64,000 bases of DNA from a virus. Location of the stretch: positions 32,001 through 96,000 of the IMG/VR virus record IMGVR_UViG_3300003872_000001. The stretch is one strand, 5' to 3'. The translations under genes and the position numbers were made by a program. The notes beneath the pieces are model-generated. The model worked only from the letters and a program-made list of their open reading frames with translations, searched no databases and had not been told where the DNA came from. Numbering within the stretch: the stretch's first letter is position 1; each line of letters begins with the position of its first letter. Below, piece after piece: positions 1 through 10,578 of this stretch.

Positions 1-425
1 ATGTCTCACAATTTTCTACATTAGCTATACATGTTGTAAAACAAGAAGTTATGATAGTGGGACCTAATTATGATTTCAATGTAACTATTCCTAATGTACT
101 TAGATTTAAATATCTTTGTGATGCTACCTCTAGCATATGGGATATATATGCTGTAGAAAATGATGGATTAACTAAAGTAACATCAATCCATAGCATGCGT
201 GGTGATCCACATAGTATAGTAATTCCACCTAATAGTTTAAAAACTGGGCAAATTTATTATGTAGGAATTGAGATTACTAAAACTGACGGTACTAAATATC
301 CGATTGCATATGATGAAATTAGTACTTTCTACAGTGGAGCAGAGTCTAACGTTAACATTCATAACGAAACCAATACTTTCTATATAGAACCAAAATCTAA
401 TACCAATATACCTATCGGCGGATAA
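1..425 (+). CDS. 3' part of a probable virion structural protein (runs off the left edge)
   Basis: The frame of ORF 51..425 is open back to position 3 (VSQFSTLAIHVVKQEVM...). It is beta-rich, and its 'SSIWDIY' segment resembles the 'TSWEVW/TDWVIY' segments of 55970..57769. Confidence 0.5.
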   Translation, partial: VSQFSTLAIHVVKQEVMIVGPNYDFNVTIPNVLRFKYLCDATSSIWDIYAVENDGLTKVTSIHSMRGDPHSIVIPPNSLKTGQIYYVGIEITKTDGTKYPIAYDEISTFYSGAESNVNIHNETNTFYIEPKSNTNIPIGG

Positions 426-440
426 TTCATTATACCTATA

Positions 441-475
441 TTTACACTAGTAGCTTATAAGCTACTAGTGTAAAA
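441..475. terminator. Palindromic hairpin between convergent genes (CACTAGTAGC family)
   Basis: tttacactagtagc-ttataa-gctactagtgtaaa is a perfect inverted repeat. Confidence 0.75.
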
Positions 476-483
476 TAAAGTAT

Positions 484-1008
484 CTAAACCCTTTTCATCC
501 ATCCACTAAAGAATTTTTCTTGTTTAGGATTTCTTTTTACGATATTATAATATCGCATAAACTGTAATCCACTAATTACTTTTAGTAAAGATGGTTTATC
601 ATAACTTTCCAATGAATGTAAAGCTTTTAAGGTAGTGGGACCCGCAAAGCTATCTACTGTCATATCAGGAAATAATTTCTGATTTCTATTCATTAGGTTT
701 AAAGCTTCTTGTAAAAACTCTGCAGCAGACCCTACACCTTGGTTAACAGCTGAATCAAACAATTCTATAGCTAATTTATTACTAAACTCACCAATTGTAG
801 TTAAGTTCATATGTTTAGTATTCCAATAATTATCATAATATATTTTCTTAGCGTCAGCTAATGTTAAATTTTTAATATCTAAATTTGGATAATCCGCTTT
901 AGCTATTCCATATTTTGTTTCGCCGCCTGGGTCAGTTGGGTCATTTACATAACCACCTTCAAATCCTATTATTACCCCAAATGCTTGGTTGTATAATTCT
1001 GAATCCAT
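484..1008 (-). CDS. Glycoside hydrolase family 108 lysozyme / endolysin with C-terminal peptidoglycan-binding domain
   Basis: EGGYVNDPTDPGGETKYGI catalytic motif, FDSAVNQG, D-x-x-x-GP-x-T, and terminal QEKFFSGWMKRV. Confidence 0.93.
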   Translation of the reverse strand: MDSELYNQAFGVIIGFEGGYVNDPTDPGGETKYGIAKADYPNLDIKNLTLADAKKIYYDNYWNTKHMNLTTIGEFSNKLAIELFDSAVNQGVGSAAEFLQEALNLMNRNQKLFPDMTVDSFAGPTTLKALHSLESYDKPSLLKVISGLQFMRYYNIVKRNPKQEKFFSGWMKRV

Positions 1009-1111
1009 GTGTGTTCCTTTATTATTTGTCCGACTTAGAATAACTAAGCGGATAGATTGTGTAAGCAGGTTTCACTGCTCAATGAACTATTGAAACTTTG
1101 TATTTCCTTCT

Positions 1112-1477
1112 TTAAAATCTAAATGATTCACTATCTGCGCCAGTGTCATTTTCTTCAAATGCAATATGTTTATCGTCATTTATGTTTTCTTTAATAGGTG
1201 CATTCTTAGGGAATGGTAAGCTGAATACCATCTTCTCATCTGGTAGTATTCCTGGCTGTCTATCTTTGCCTCTACCCACAATTAATTTCCATTTTCGTTT
1301 AACACTAACTTTAGTTAGATATAATTCGAGATCTACTACTTGGTCTAGTTGTCTGGAACCTTGGAAGTAACCTTTATTTGCAACTTCATTAATAAACTCT
1401 TTTCCTTTAATGCCACCTCGTAACAAACCTTTAGCTTCAGTACTAAATTGATGATTAGTAATGGTAAGTATTTTGTG
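1112..1477 (-). CDS. DnaB-like replicative helicase (phiKZ gp118-like), exon 2
   Basis: The frame of ORF 1112..1426 extends up to HKILTITNHQFSTEAKGLL. It has DnaB-type ITxHQ and LDQVVDLE...RGKDR motifs and joins exon 1 in frame (about 505 aa spliced). Confidence 0.85.
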   Translation of the reverse strand, partial: HKILTITNHQFSTEAKGLLRGGIKGKEFINEVANKGYFQGSRQLDQVVDLELYLTKVSVKRKWKLIVGRGKDRQPGILPDEKMVFSLPFPKNAPIKENINDDKHIAFEENDTGADSESFRF

Positions 1478-1909
1478 CCTTTTTATTCTATATGTATCGT
1501 TACTACATATACGATTAGTTGGTTTATAACATTATCTTCATAATGTAACTAATCAGCTAGTACTCTCATACTAGAGTAGACTATATCATGATCTGTTATT
1601 CAATTAGATAACAGACCCTCTACATTTCGTCTTTAAGGGGACCATACCCCACCACTTGGCGCTACTCCCGTCAGGGATAGTCGTTGAACTCACACACTCC
1701 TACTAGAGGATAGTTCTCACTATTTAAGGTGCTTCGCTGCGTCGATTACCTACATATCCTACAAGGTTTTTACGATGCCTATTGACTATATTACGTCATA
1801 GGTATTACAGTCTATTTCTAGCTGTAAGTCGTACTTGTTGGCTTTAAGGGTTCCCCGCAATTAGAAGAGTTTGCATATAATGTCACCACTATATGGGCCT
1901 AGATAAATA
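1478..1909 (-). ncRNA. Group I intron 1 (ORF-less, 432 nt) in the helicase gene
   Basis: Minus strand carries P (AAUUGCGGGGAA), Q (AAUCGACGCAGC), R (GUUCAACGACUA) and S (GAUAUAGUCU). P1 is exon GGCU paired with GGCC (U.G at the splice site), and the intron ends in G. Splicing gives RNFSSA|HKILTITNHQ. Confidence 0.92.
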
Positions 1910-3061
1910 AGCCGAGCTAAAATTCCTAACTCTATTAAATAAGTCTAGTACATCATTACCAGTTGGACCTGAAGTAACACATCCGGTTGTTGGTAACTTA
2001 TATAAGTAATCTATTAACATAGCATGGATTTCATATCCATTTGCTTCTAATTCTAATACTTTATTAAATAAAGATTTATAAGTCCACTCACTTGGGTTAA
2101 CTCTCATCATTTTAACATGATAACCATTTACACTTAATCTCTTTCTAATGTAAGATGCTACTTCAGCACCAGTAACTTTAGTTAGATCTGGTAATTCATT
2201 ATTTTCGTTATAATATAAATATCTATACATAAATTCTGTAAATACTTCACTATCATCTTCAAAACTTATATATAATATAAGTGGCTTCTTAGTCGGATCA
2301 TCTAAGGCTGGTTTATTATGCATAGCGAATTGCATAAACAAACTCTGCATAAACCCAGATTTATAATTATGTTGTAATGCTGCTATCATACACATAATGC
2401 CACGTCTGAATCCATTTTGTGTCATTTCATTAAGTTCTTTCCATCCACTTAATAGCTTACCTCCTTCAACTTTTTGGTTTTTAACTTTATTTAATACTGC
2501 ACCTAATCCATTTTCATCACCAATATCTAATTCGTCCATGATACCAGGATCCTTAGTTCTCGCTTTAAGAGATAATGCTTCTAGTGCAGTTATTAATTTT
2601 TGTGTATAAGCTGTAATGGTATCACCGTCTAATTTACCCGTTCTCATTTGATATGATGCCTTACTTATAGTAGCTTTCAGTTTCTCCTCTTTATAATAAT
2701 TATTAATAAGATTTCTAATACTAACTACTGTTCTCTTAAGGCTAGCTTGTGAAAATTCATTATCAATAGCATTTGTTACAATTTTACATAGATCTGGTTT
2801 ATTCTTAAATATTAAATTAATACTTTGTAATAAAGAAACTTTATCATAATTATCAGGATTATTTAATAGATCTAATATTAGATGTTTTAAGTCATCTTCT
2901 ACACTACCGTCACCACCTATGAACTGATTATCCCTATTGTCACTGGTAAAGACAGATAAGACTGTTCTTACTAGGTCTTTACTATCGCTAGTATCATTCT
3001 CTATTTCTTTCTCTCTATATAAAAGAGTTAACATCTTTATTAATATCTCTAGTTTAGACAT
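1910..3061 (-). CDS. DnaB-like replicative helicase (phiKZ gp118-like), exon 1
   Basis: Walker A-like ALQHNYKS, GWKELNEMTQNGFRRG, ISFED and Walker B MLIDYL. It is divergent from the capsid operon, as in phiKZ. Confidence 0.88.
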
Positions 3062-3205
3062 TTTAATTCCTTGTACTTTTACTATTTTTACTAATAAAAT
3101 AAACTATTCATACTTTTTTGTTAAACTAATTATATGTGAATATTTAAAATTAGGTAGTTATAGCGATTTATTTGAATAAAAGAATAAAACATAATAGGAG
3201 TTAAT

Positions 3206-3847
3206 ATGACGCCACTATCATCACCACTTTCAGGGACACTTTATGGTCCTGGTAAAACAGGCCGGCAATTGATATATGAAACACCAAGTGTTGTTTATAT
3301 ACCAGATTTTTTATCATCTGCATTAAATATTAATACCTTAATAGATATAGCAGGTATTGGATTTCAAATGGATAAACGTTTTTATACGTATGATAATGTG
3401 GCTAGAGAAGCTATAATAAAGATATTTAATGCTAAACTTTCTAAATATGATATTAGTAGCTTTATAAGTATAAATCAATATCTATACGAATTCATAAATA
3501 ATAGTAGACCGCACCTTATGAATAATTTAGTTGATTTTTTAACTAACGGAGAGCTTAATGACTTCCGTACTATACCTGGTAGTAATGATAAAGAATACTT
3601 AGATGTATTAAATATTCTAAAAAGTTCGAATACTATGAGTGAAAATAAAAATGACATTTATAACTTTATTCATGCAGATGGTATAATATTTGTTATTCTT
3701 CACGAAGGTTTTAGTAATTTAGTAATAGACAGTAACGATGGTCTTCAATCATTTCGGGAAGACCTACTTAATAGTATGTATAGTAATTTTAATGATGAAC
3801 AAGTTAGTTCAACTAGATTGTTCAAAACGTTCTTAAAAAATAAATAA
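3206..3847 (+). CDS. Hypothetical protein, probably virion-associated (position of phiKZ gp119)
   Basis: 213-aa ORF with an AGGAG RBS, directly upstream of the capsid gene. Confidence 0.6.
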   Translation: MTPLSSPLSGTLYGPGKTGRQLIYETPSVVYIPDFLSSALNINTLIDIAGIGFQMDKRFYTYDNVAREAIIKIFNAKLSKYDISSFISINQYLYEFINNSRPHLMNNLVDFLTNGELNDFRTIPGSNDKEYLDVLNILKSSNTMSENKNDIYNFIHADGIIFVILHEGFSNLVIDSNDGLQSFREDLLNSMYSNFNDEQVSSTRLFKTFLKNK

Positions 3848-3865
3848 AAAGTGAGGAATCAGAAT

Positions 3866-6049
3866 ATGGCTGGTAAAAAGAAAATAGTCAAGGATTTGTT
3901 AGATACTCTAACATTAAATATTGGTGACGAAGGTCTAAATAAAAGAAAAGAGTTAACAAACTTTGTAATCTCTAATGAAGATATGGATTCAGCATCACGT
4001 GAGTCAGCTACAGTTGTGCTTGATAAACTACAAGATACTGTTAGCAGAACTTTAAGCGCTGTATTGTCACAAGAAGATATGGACGCATCTCAGTTTACAG
4101 AAGCACAATTTAATGCCGCAAACCAAATCGCTGCATTGGCATTAAATCCAAAAATTGCATTAGATGCATTTCGTAACCCAAAATCTGTTGATGTTAAAGG
4201 ACCACATAGTGTAATTGGCGCTGACGTTCTAGGTGTAGAAGATATACTACTAGGTGATCAATTGTCTTCTGAAGGTTATGATGGTGAAGCTACAAACAAT
4301 GCTATATATTTTTCAATTGTATCTAACTTCATGTCAGCAACACAAGATAAATTTGGTGAAGCATTTTTCCCAACTATTAGTATGGACCCAACTGTTTCAG
4401 GTGCAACTATTGAATGTGAATTTACTTCAATTTATAAAGAAATAGCTAGAAAAACTGATGGTTCATCTAGTATGAAAGATTTCGATAAAACTCCTATCGT
4501 AAAAGCAATCTTTGATAATAAACTATTCGGTAATGATAAAAATAGACTCATTCCAGTTGTAAGAAAGAATAACAGTTCAGTGCTTTTAGCTGACGTTTAC
4601 TCATTTGTAGAGTATAATGGCTCTGAAGATGTAACTACTGCTCCTTTAGCATTTGGTAAAACTATTGGTCTACTAGGTATTTCTCAAACTGACGCACAAC
4701 TTGCTAAAGGTGTTATGGATAATACTGATGCACTAGACAGAACTCTTAACTTAGAGAATATCTATTATTCACTAACTGGTACTGACTCAGCTGGAAAAAC
4801 TGTAACTGAAAACTTTATGGCTAATATATCTATATTACCACATAGTAACTTTACTTATAGCCCACAAGCACATGCAAAATCATTAGGATTAACTTTTTCT
4901 AGCGATGCTATTGCAATAGGAACTAGTACTAAAACTACTGTAACAGGTGCAGCTTCTGCTATATTATCACAACTCCCTGCTGGTCACACTATACAAATGC
5001 AAACAGTATTACATGGTGATGGCGATACTCAATCTGGTGATATTGCTGTTTATGCTTCTGAAATGAAAGTTGCTGCAATCTTGGATTCTGCAGGTAATGT
5101 ACTACCAACAACAAGTGCTGATTATGTAACTATTGAGAAAGTAATGTCAACTGTTAAACTTCTAGGTTATACTGTTGAAGCATATAGCACTAACTCTAAC
5201 CTTAGAAAACGTGGACAGCTTGTTACAACTGACCGTTATATTCAAATTTATAATGTTCCACTAAGAACAGGTGTTACTGTACTTGCTCCAGTTAACTCTA
5301 TGTCTGGTACTGATAATGATGCAGCTAGATTAACTAGTCAAATTACATATGCTGGTATAAGAACTTCTGTTGATGCAGTTAAAGCACTTGTTAACCATGC
5401 TGATATGTTGAATAACATAACTAATAATGGTGTTCCAGTTACAGCTGATCTAATGGGTGTTGGTAGATTCTATGTTGATACATATTACAATGAACTTAAC
5501 ATCGCAATTGATACTCATGTTGATTCTATTAAATCAAAAGATAGACTTGCTGACATTAGAGCTCTTTTAGTTAACAAAATTAAAAATGAAACAGTTAATA
5601 TGGCTATTAAAGCAAATTACTATATTGCTAATGTTGTCCTTAATGGAGCTAATAATGGTAAAATACAAGTTATCATAGGTACTGACCCGATTATAGGTTC
5701 ATACTTAACTGAAAATGGCGAAGGTGTTATTGACCTAGGACCTGACTATGAAGGCATTGTTGTTACTACACCTAATAAACTTATCCGTGGTTCAATCTTT
5801 GTATCATTTGGTATATTTGATGCAAATAGAAACACTAAAGCTAACCCATTGAACTTTGGTCAATGTTTCCGATCACCATCAATCACTACTGATGTTGTAA
5901 GAACATTAAGCGGATCTACTTCACGTGAATTAACATCTATGAATAGATATCTTCATGTTATTAACCTTCCACTTATGTTTAGACTAAACATTACTGGTAT
6001 CGCTACAGCACTAGAAAAAGTTGCAGTAGATTTTCGTACTGTAAAATAA
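3866..6049 (+). CDS. Major capsid protein (phiKZ gp120-like)
   Basis: About 727 aa. Motifs QDKFGEAFFPT, TAPL, GVMDNTDALD, TNSNLRKRG, NPLNFG and YLHVINLP; S-x-E propeptide sites; highly expressed codon bias; GAGGA RBS before ATG 3866. Confidence 0.9.
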   Translation: MAGKKKIVKDLLDTLTLNIGDEGLNKRKELTNFVISNEDMDSASRESATVVLDKLQDTVSRTLSAVLSQEDMDASQFTEAQFNAANQIAALALNPKIALDAFRNPKSVDVKGPHSVIGADVLGVEDILLGDQLSSEGYDGEATNNAIYFSIVSNFMSATQDKFGEAFFPTISMDPTVSGATIECEFTSIYKEIARKTDGSSSMKDFDKTPIVKAIFDNKLFGNDKNRLIPVVRKNNSSVLLADVYSFVEYNGSEDVTTAPLAFGKTIGLLGISQTDAQLAKGVMDNTDALDRTLNLENIYYSLTGTDSAGKTVTENFMANISILPHSNFTYSPQAHAKSLGLTFSSDAIAIGTSTKTTVTGAASAILSQLPAGHTIQMQTVLHGDGDTQSGDIAVYASEMKVAAILDSAGNVLPTTSADYVTIEKVMSTVKLLGYTVEAYSTNSNLRKRGQLVTTDRYIQIYNVPLRTGVTVLAPVNSMSGTDNDAARLTSQITYAGIRTSVDAVKALVNHADMLNNITNNGVPVTADLMGVGRFYVDTYYNELNIAIDTHVDSIKSKDRLADIRALLVNKIKNETVNMAIKANYYIANVVLNGANNGKIQVIIGTDPIIGSYLTENGEGVIDLGPDYEGIVVTTPNKLIRGSIFVSFGIFDANRNTKANPLNFGQCFRSPSITTDVVRTLSGSTSRELTSMNRYLHVINLPLMFRLNITGIATALEKVAVDFRTVK

Positions 6050-6053
6050 TTAT

Positions 6054-6325
6054 CTCTTCATAGTTAGTAAAACTCTGTCCTTCAGGACAGAGATACACTA
6101 ATGTAATATTAATATCTTAAGATATAGATAACTATAACAACATAAGGAGTACCTATGCTCATACAGATGATGCAGATATCAATGCTGCTAAGAACATCCA
6201 ACATATAGGTGCTACTAGAGTGTTACAACTAGTAGTATAGCTACCAGGTACTATAGGTAGGGGACCGACCTTAGCTGCTCTTAGAGTAGTCTAGAAGCCA
6301 CCTCGTTCACGGGGTGATAGTTCAC
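6054..6325 (+). mobile_element. tnpB: Non-autonomous IS200/IS605-family element with internally deleted tnpB (copy 1)
   Basis: Left-end hairpin AAAA-CTCTGTCC-TTCA-GGACAGAG. RBS and ATG at 6155 are fused out of frame to the TnpB C-terminal motif HTDDADINAAKNIQHIG. Right end GAAGC-CACCTCG-TTCA-CGGGGTG-ATAG-TTCAC. The left boundary is approximate. Confidence 0.85.
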
Positions 6326-6382
6326 ACATTTAGTCAAGATTAATTTCTTGGCTGATTTAAAGCACTATACAACACGCACTAT

Positions 6383-6479
6383 TATAACACCAGTGGCTAA
6401 TATGCCACTGGTGTTATATGGTCTTTATATTCATTTTAAGGTACCTAGAAGACACGATCTATTCTAATGTGATGAATTA
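6383..6479 (+). repeat. ~95-bp dispersed repeat, copy A (inverted copy at 50541-50635)
   Basis: Hairpin plus a ~60-bp tail that is nearly identical to the reverse complement of 50541-50635. Confidence 0.9.
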
Positions 6480-6514
6480 TATGTATTTGACATTTAGACG
6501 TTATATGTGAGCTA

Positions 6515-6550
6515 TTGACTTTGATTCAATATCAAATATATAATATTAAT
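6515..6550 (+). promoter_or_regulatory. Putative phage promoter (TTGA..N17-18..TATAATATTAA family)
   Basis: TTGACT-N18-TATAATATTAA; related copies at 10498, 29621 and 51787. Confidence 0.55.
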
Positions 6551-6645
6551 ATAGAAGGAATGAGTAATATTAATAAAAGTGAATAACAGCTGAATTCATA
6601 TTTAATAATATTCATAACTTACTATTTAAATAAAAGAAGGCATAC

Positions 6646-8106
6646 ATGAATACATTACCGTACAATGTGAATAGTTTTGTAAGTCTAGAAAATGACCGTG
6701 AGGATAATGTATATGCGCACTATGTGCCGTATACAGAAAATGTTGGATCAGTTAGAAATAAAAATGATCTATATTTAAATTGTGATTATAAGTTAACTTT
6801 TATTAGCACTATAGGACCTGATATAAAAGTAATTCATAAGCGTAACATTGTGAGTGAGATAAGAGAAGATAGTAGTTTAAAATCTTTGATTGGATCTTAT
6901 GTTAAAGGTCTATCTGGTAAAGGGATTTATATAATTGAAACGTATACATTAAATGTCTTTAATAAAGATAAATTAGATAAAATTATTAATAATCTTGCTA
7001 ATGCCGATGGTGTAGCACTAACCTCTGATATTATTAAAGATATTTATGAGCAATATTCTAATAAGAAGCCTAAATATAGCCTAAGTATCCCGATCAATAT
7101 AAGATTTATATCCTTTGTACCAGAAGGACCACTTCGTGAATATGGATCTCTGTATGTAAGACAGTATGATATTGTTTTAACAAGTAATAGTTATGGTGCA
7201 CTACCAGAGCATCCGAACTCACAATTTAAAATAAATCTATCTCATAAGGATAGAGTTAATGGGATTCCATCAAATGTATTAACTTTAGATATTACAGATA
7301 ATGAATCTGTATTAAAAGAAACTAATGGTAGTAATAAGAAAGGTACAAATTACTTTATGAAGATTGGTAATGGTGTATATAGATTTGTATCTACTAGCGA
7401 TGGTGTAACTCCTAGTGGCGCAGTTATGGCTATTAAACATCAATATAGTGACCTACCAGAAGTAATCAATATAGATAAGGCTGATTTTGAAAAATATGGA
7501 TTATATAAGGATCGTGATTTAGCTATTTATAATGGAGATAAGAAAGGGCTACTAGAAGACAGGAAATTACAATTAGAATTAGATAAAATATCTAATGATA
7601 AAGCTAAATTACATAGAGAGATAAAAACATTAAAAGATGATAGAAAATCTTATAAAAAGGAACTCAAACTCAGGAATGATAAGTTGAACTTAGAACGAAA
7701 AAAGTTAGAGCATGAGCTTATTAAGATGGAGCATGAATTAGAGAAAATGAGGATGGATAGGCAAATGTTAAGAAAGAAAGCTGCTATGGAAATTATTTCT
7801 AATAGTTTTAAACTTCTTAGTCTGGAAATAGACATGAGTAGAGACCGACAAAAATTTCTATTAGAACAAAGTAGGTTGGATAATAAATTTAAATTGGATA
7901 ATTCATTGCTTAAAGCCAAATTTAAATTGGATAGTGATCTTACTAAATATAAGTTTAACAGGGAGGACAAGTTAGCAGAGGAGAAGTTTATCAGAGAAGA
8001 TAAAATAGCAAAGGATAAAAATCGTCGTGAAAATATTAAGAATACTTTTGACACTGTATCTAAGGCAGTTAATACTGGTATCAATATAGGAAAAGAATTT
8101 CTATAG
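6646..8106 (+). CDS. Conserved hypothetical protein with long C-terminal coiled coil (position of phiKZ gp122)
   Basis: 486-aa ORF with a K/E/L heptad-rich C-terminal third, lying between the capsid gene and the nvRNAP subunit gene. Confidence 0.65.
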   Translation: MNTLPYNVNSFVSLENDREDNVYAHYVPYTENVGSVRNKNDLYLNCDYKLTFISTIGPDIKVIHKRNIVSEIREDSSLKSLIGSYVKGLSGKGIYIIETYTLNVFNKDKLDKIINNLANADGVALTSDIIKDIYEQYSNKKPKYSLSIPINIRFISFVPEGPLREYGSLYVRQYDIVLTSNSYGALPEHPNSQFKINLSHKDRVNGIPSNVLTLDITDNESVLKETNGSNKKGTNYFMKIGNGVYRFVSTSDGVTPSGAVMAIKHQYSDLPEVINIDKADFEKYGLYKDRDLAIYNGDKKGLLEDRKLQLELDKISNDKAKLHREIKTLKDDRKSYKKELKLRNDKLNLERKKLEHELIKMEHELEKMRMDRQMLRKKAAMEIISNSFKLLSLEIDMSRDRQKFLLEQSRLDNKFKLDNSLLKAKFKLDSDLTKYKFNREDKLAEEKFIREDKIAKDKNRRENIKNTFDTVSKAVNTGINIGKEFL

Positions 8107-8124
8107 TAATAAAAAGGAAAACAT

Positions 8125-9459
8125 ATGAATGCAATTTTTGCGAAAATGATAGACGAAGTTGCACCGAAAGTTAATAAGAAGATAACTGATGGTGTTAATG
8201 CAGACATACTTAAACTATGTCCTACCTATATTAATAGCATAATTATGTCTGGTATGCGGTCTATAAATACAGATATACCATTAGTGTACCACGGGTGGCG
8301 CAGGTTGACACCTAAAGAAGAATTTGAAAAAATATATTCTGGTAAAAATAATAGAGTGAATTATGATATAGCTATAAGTTATTTATATGTTATCGAATTA
8401 AGATTTTCTTATAGAGGTGAACCAATTGTAAGACATATGTATCTTCCTTATGCCTCAGAAGGTAATATTATGAAAATATCTAGCACGCCATATAATATTG
8501 TATCTATTATGTCAGATACAGTAATATCACCAACGCATAAAAATATCTTTGTAAGATTGCATAGAGCTAAATTGATATTTGAAAAGACCGATAGAAATTT
8601 CTTATTAAATAATATTAAAACTCCAGGTCAAATTATCTATTCTGATATATACAAAACAAATAATAGGAATATTGAAGATAAGTTAGGTACTGTAGTGCCA
8701 CCCGTATGTCTTTATATATTAGGATTTTATGGACTAGTTAGATCTCTTGAAAAATATGCAAGTGTAAAAGGTGTGCAAGTATTAACAGGTGATGCTAACT
8801 ATTTAATGGAAACACATAGAGTATATGCGTCTACTAAATTAAAACCTAAAGATCTAAATGAAAGTTATTATACTGGTCATGATTTGAAAATAGCTATACC
8901 TAATGCTGCTATAGATAATAGTAATAGAGATTTTATAGATAATTTTGTATTTAGTATTATGTATACTATAGATATATTTCCAGATGATAGTGCCGATGAT
9001 TTAGTTTATGTAATCAATTCTAATGATCTAAAAAGTGAAAAGTTATTTTGGAGAGTTCTATTAGGTAAGATAGTATTTAAGAATAGTTTTTCTATAGATA
9101 AGATTATAGCTGATATTAATGATCATTTTACAACGCTTAATAGTTATATAGACGCATTACTTAAAACAAAGTTAGAAGAGTCGGGTGTGGTTATAGATAA
9201 CTTTTTTGATTTAATAGCTATCATTGTAAGTAATTATAATGGCTGGATAATCAACAGTAAACTTTATAATAGTGATCTCAATAATCGTTATATTGATGTT
9301 TTGTATTACTTAATGTACGATATAGTAATTTCTGTTAATAAAGCTTTATTCGATATTAATAGGAAATATAATAAGAATAAAAAAGATCTGTCATTTTTAG
9401 AGATAAATAAGATCTTATCAGACATTGGTCTCAGAAAAATTTTTTCGATTTTATCAGGT
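8125..9459 (+). CDS. Non-virion RNA polymerase beta-like N-terminal subunit (phiKZ gp123-like), exon 1
   Basis: LTPKEEF, YLPY, SDTVISP, IFVRL..AKL and YIDVLYYLM-type motifs plus synteny. The reading frame is interrupted by the intron. Confidence 0.8.
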
Positions 9460-9933
9460 TCGATTTTGTCTAAATAAAATAAATAAAAAAATAGGTAGTG
9501 ATATACCTTATTTAGACAAGAGCCCTTCACAGTAGCGATATTGTGATTGCATCTATCTAATTGCGGGAAATCCTTAAAGCCAACAAGTACGACTTATACA
9601 TAGAAATATAGTATAATACCTATGGAGTAATGTTTCCAATAGGCATCGTAAAAACCTTGTAGGATATGTAGGTAATCGACGCAGCGAAGCACCTTAAACA
9701 GTGAGAACTATCTACTTGATGTAGAGTGTGTGAGTTCAACGACTATCCCTGACGGGAGTAGCGCCAAGTGGTGGGGTATGATCCCCTTAAAGACGAAATG
9801 GTAGACATCTCTAGTAGATGATGATATAGTCTATTCTAGTATGAGAGTACTAGCTGATTGGTTATACTTATGACATAAAGTATTATAAATAAACCAATCG
9901 TGGTTAGAGTAACGATCTAATCAGAATACCAAG
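9460..9933 (+). ncRNA. Group I intron 2 (ORF-less, ~474 nt) in the nvRNAP subunit gene
   Basis: P at 9559-9570, Q at ~9674-9685, R at 9734-9745 and S at 9823-9832. P1 is GGU|UC paired with GAGCC. The 3' G at 9933 is placed by analogy with the other three introns and restores the frame (ILSG|GLNLCLMPG). Confidence 0.88.
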
Positions 9934-10311
9934 GGACTTAACTTATGTCTTATGCCGGGTGGCGATTCTTCACCTGATATTAAATACCCAAAAATAACTA
10001 GCGTGTTATTAGATCAGAGTAATGGCGTGGGTGTTAAAAGAGCTAAAACATCTAGCTTACCAGAAAGTATGAGGTTTATTAGAGGTACAGATCTTTATGT
10101 TGGTTCTATTCTATTCCTACTTAAGAGTTCTAATAGTCCGCGTTATAAGAAAAATATTTATATGGATTATAATGAAAATACTGGTAGGGTTATAATGTCT
10201 AATGACATGGTACATATTACAACTAAATTAGATAAATTATTAACAAGTAAAATAGGGAGAGAAATTGTTAAAATCAATGTGCTCGGAGAAGAAGAAGAAG
10301 TGGATGACTGA
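9934..10311 (+). CDS. Non-virion RNA polymerase subunit (gp123-like), exon 2
   Basis: In frame with exon 1 after intron removal (about 570 aa spliced); KITSVLLDQ and VGSILFLLKS motifs. Confidence 0.78.
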   Translation, partial: GLNLCLMPGGDSSPDIKYPKITSVLLDQSNGVGVKRAKTSSLPESMRFIRGTDLYVGSILFLLKSSNSPRYKKNIYMDYNENTGRVIMSNDMVHITTKLDKLLTSKIGREIVKINVLGEEEEVDD

Positions 10312-10492
10312 AGTAAAATTAGTACGAAGTATTTTACATAATATTAGTACTGGTTGTGATAGAAGTGATCCTAGTTCGTATGAACGTATAGTTACAAGTC
10401 GTAAATTATTACAAATGAATAATAGCAAGCTTATAGATGAGTTATTAAAAATGGATAATCCAGAGGATTTCTTAAAATTGATTCTAGAGTAG
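10304..10492 (+). CDS. Small hypothetical protein
   Basis: The ATG at 10304 overlaps the end of the upstream gene; 62 aa. Confidence 0.5.
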   Translation: MTEVKLVRSILHNISTGCDRSDPSSYERIVTSRKLLQMNNSKLIDELLKMDNPEDFLKLILE

Positions 10493-10497
10493 ATGAA

Positions 10498-10532
10498 TTG
10501 ATTCTAGAAAGAATCAAGTATATAATATTAAA
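10498..10532 (+). promoter_or_regulatory. Putative phage promoter
   Basis: TTGATT-ctagaaagaatcaagta(17)-TATAAT-ATTAAAA. Confidence 0.7.
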
Positions 10533-10578
10533 ATAGTGTGTAATGCGCAAACACATCAAATATATAAAAGGAAAAAAC

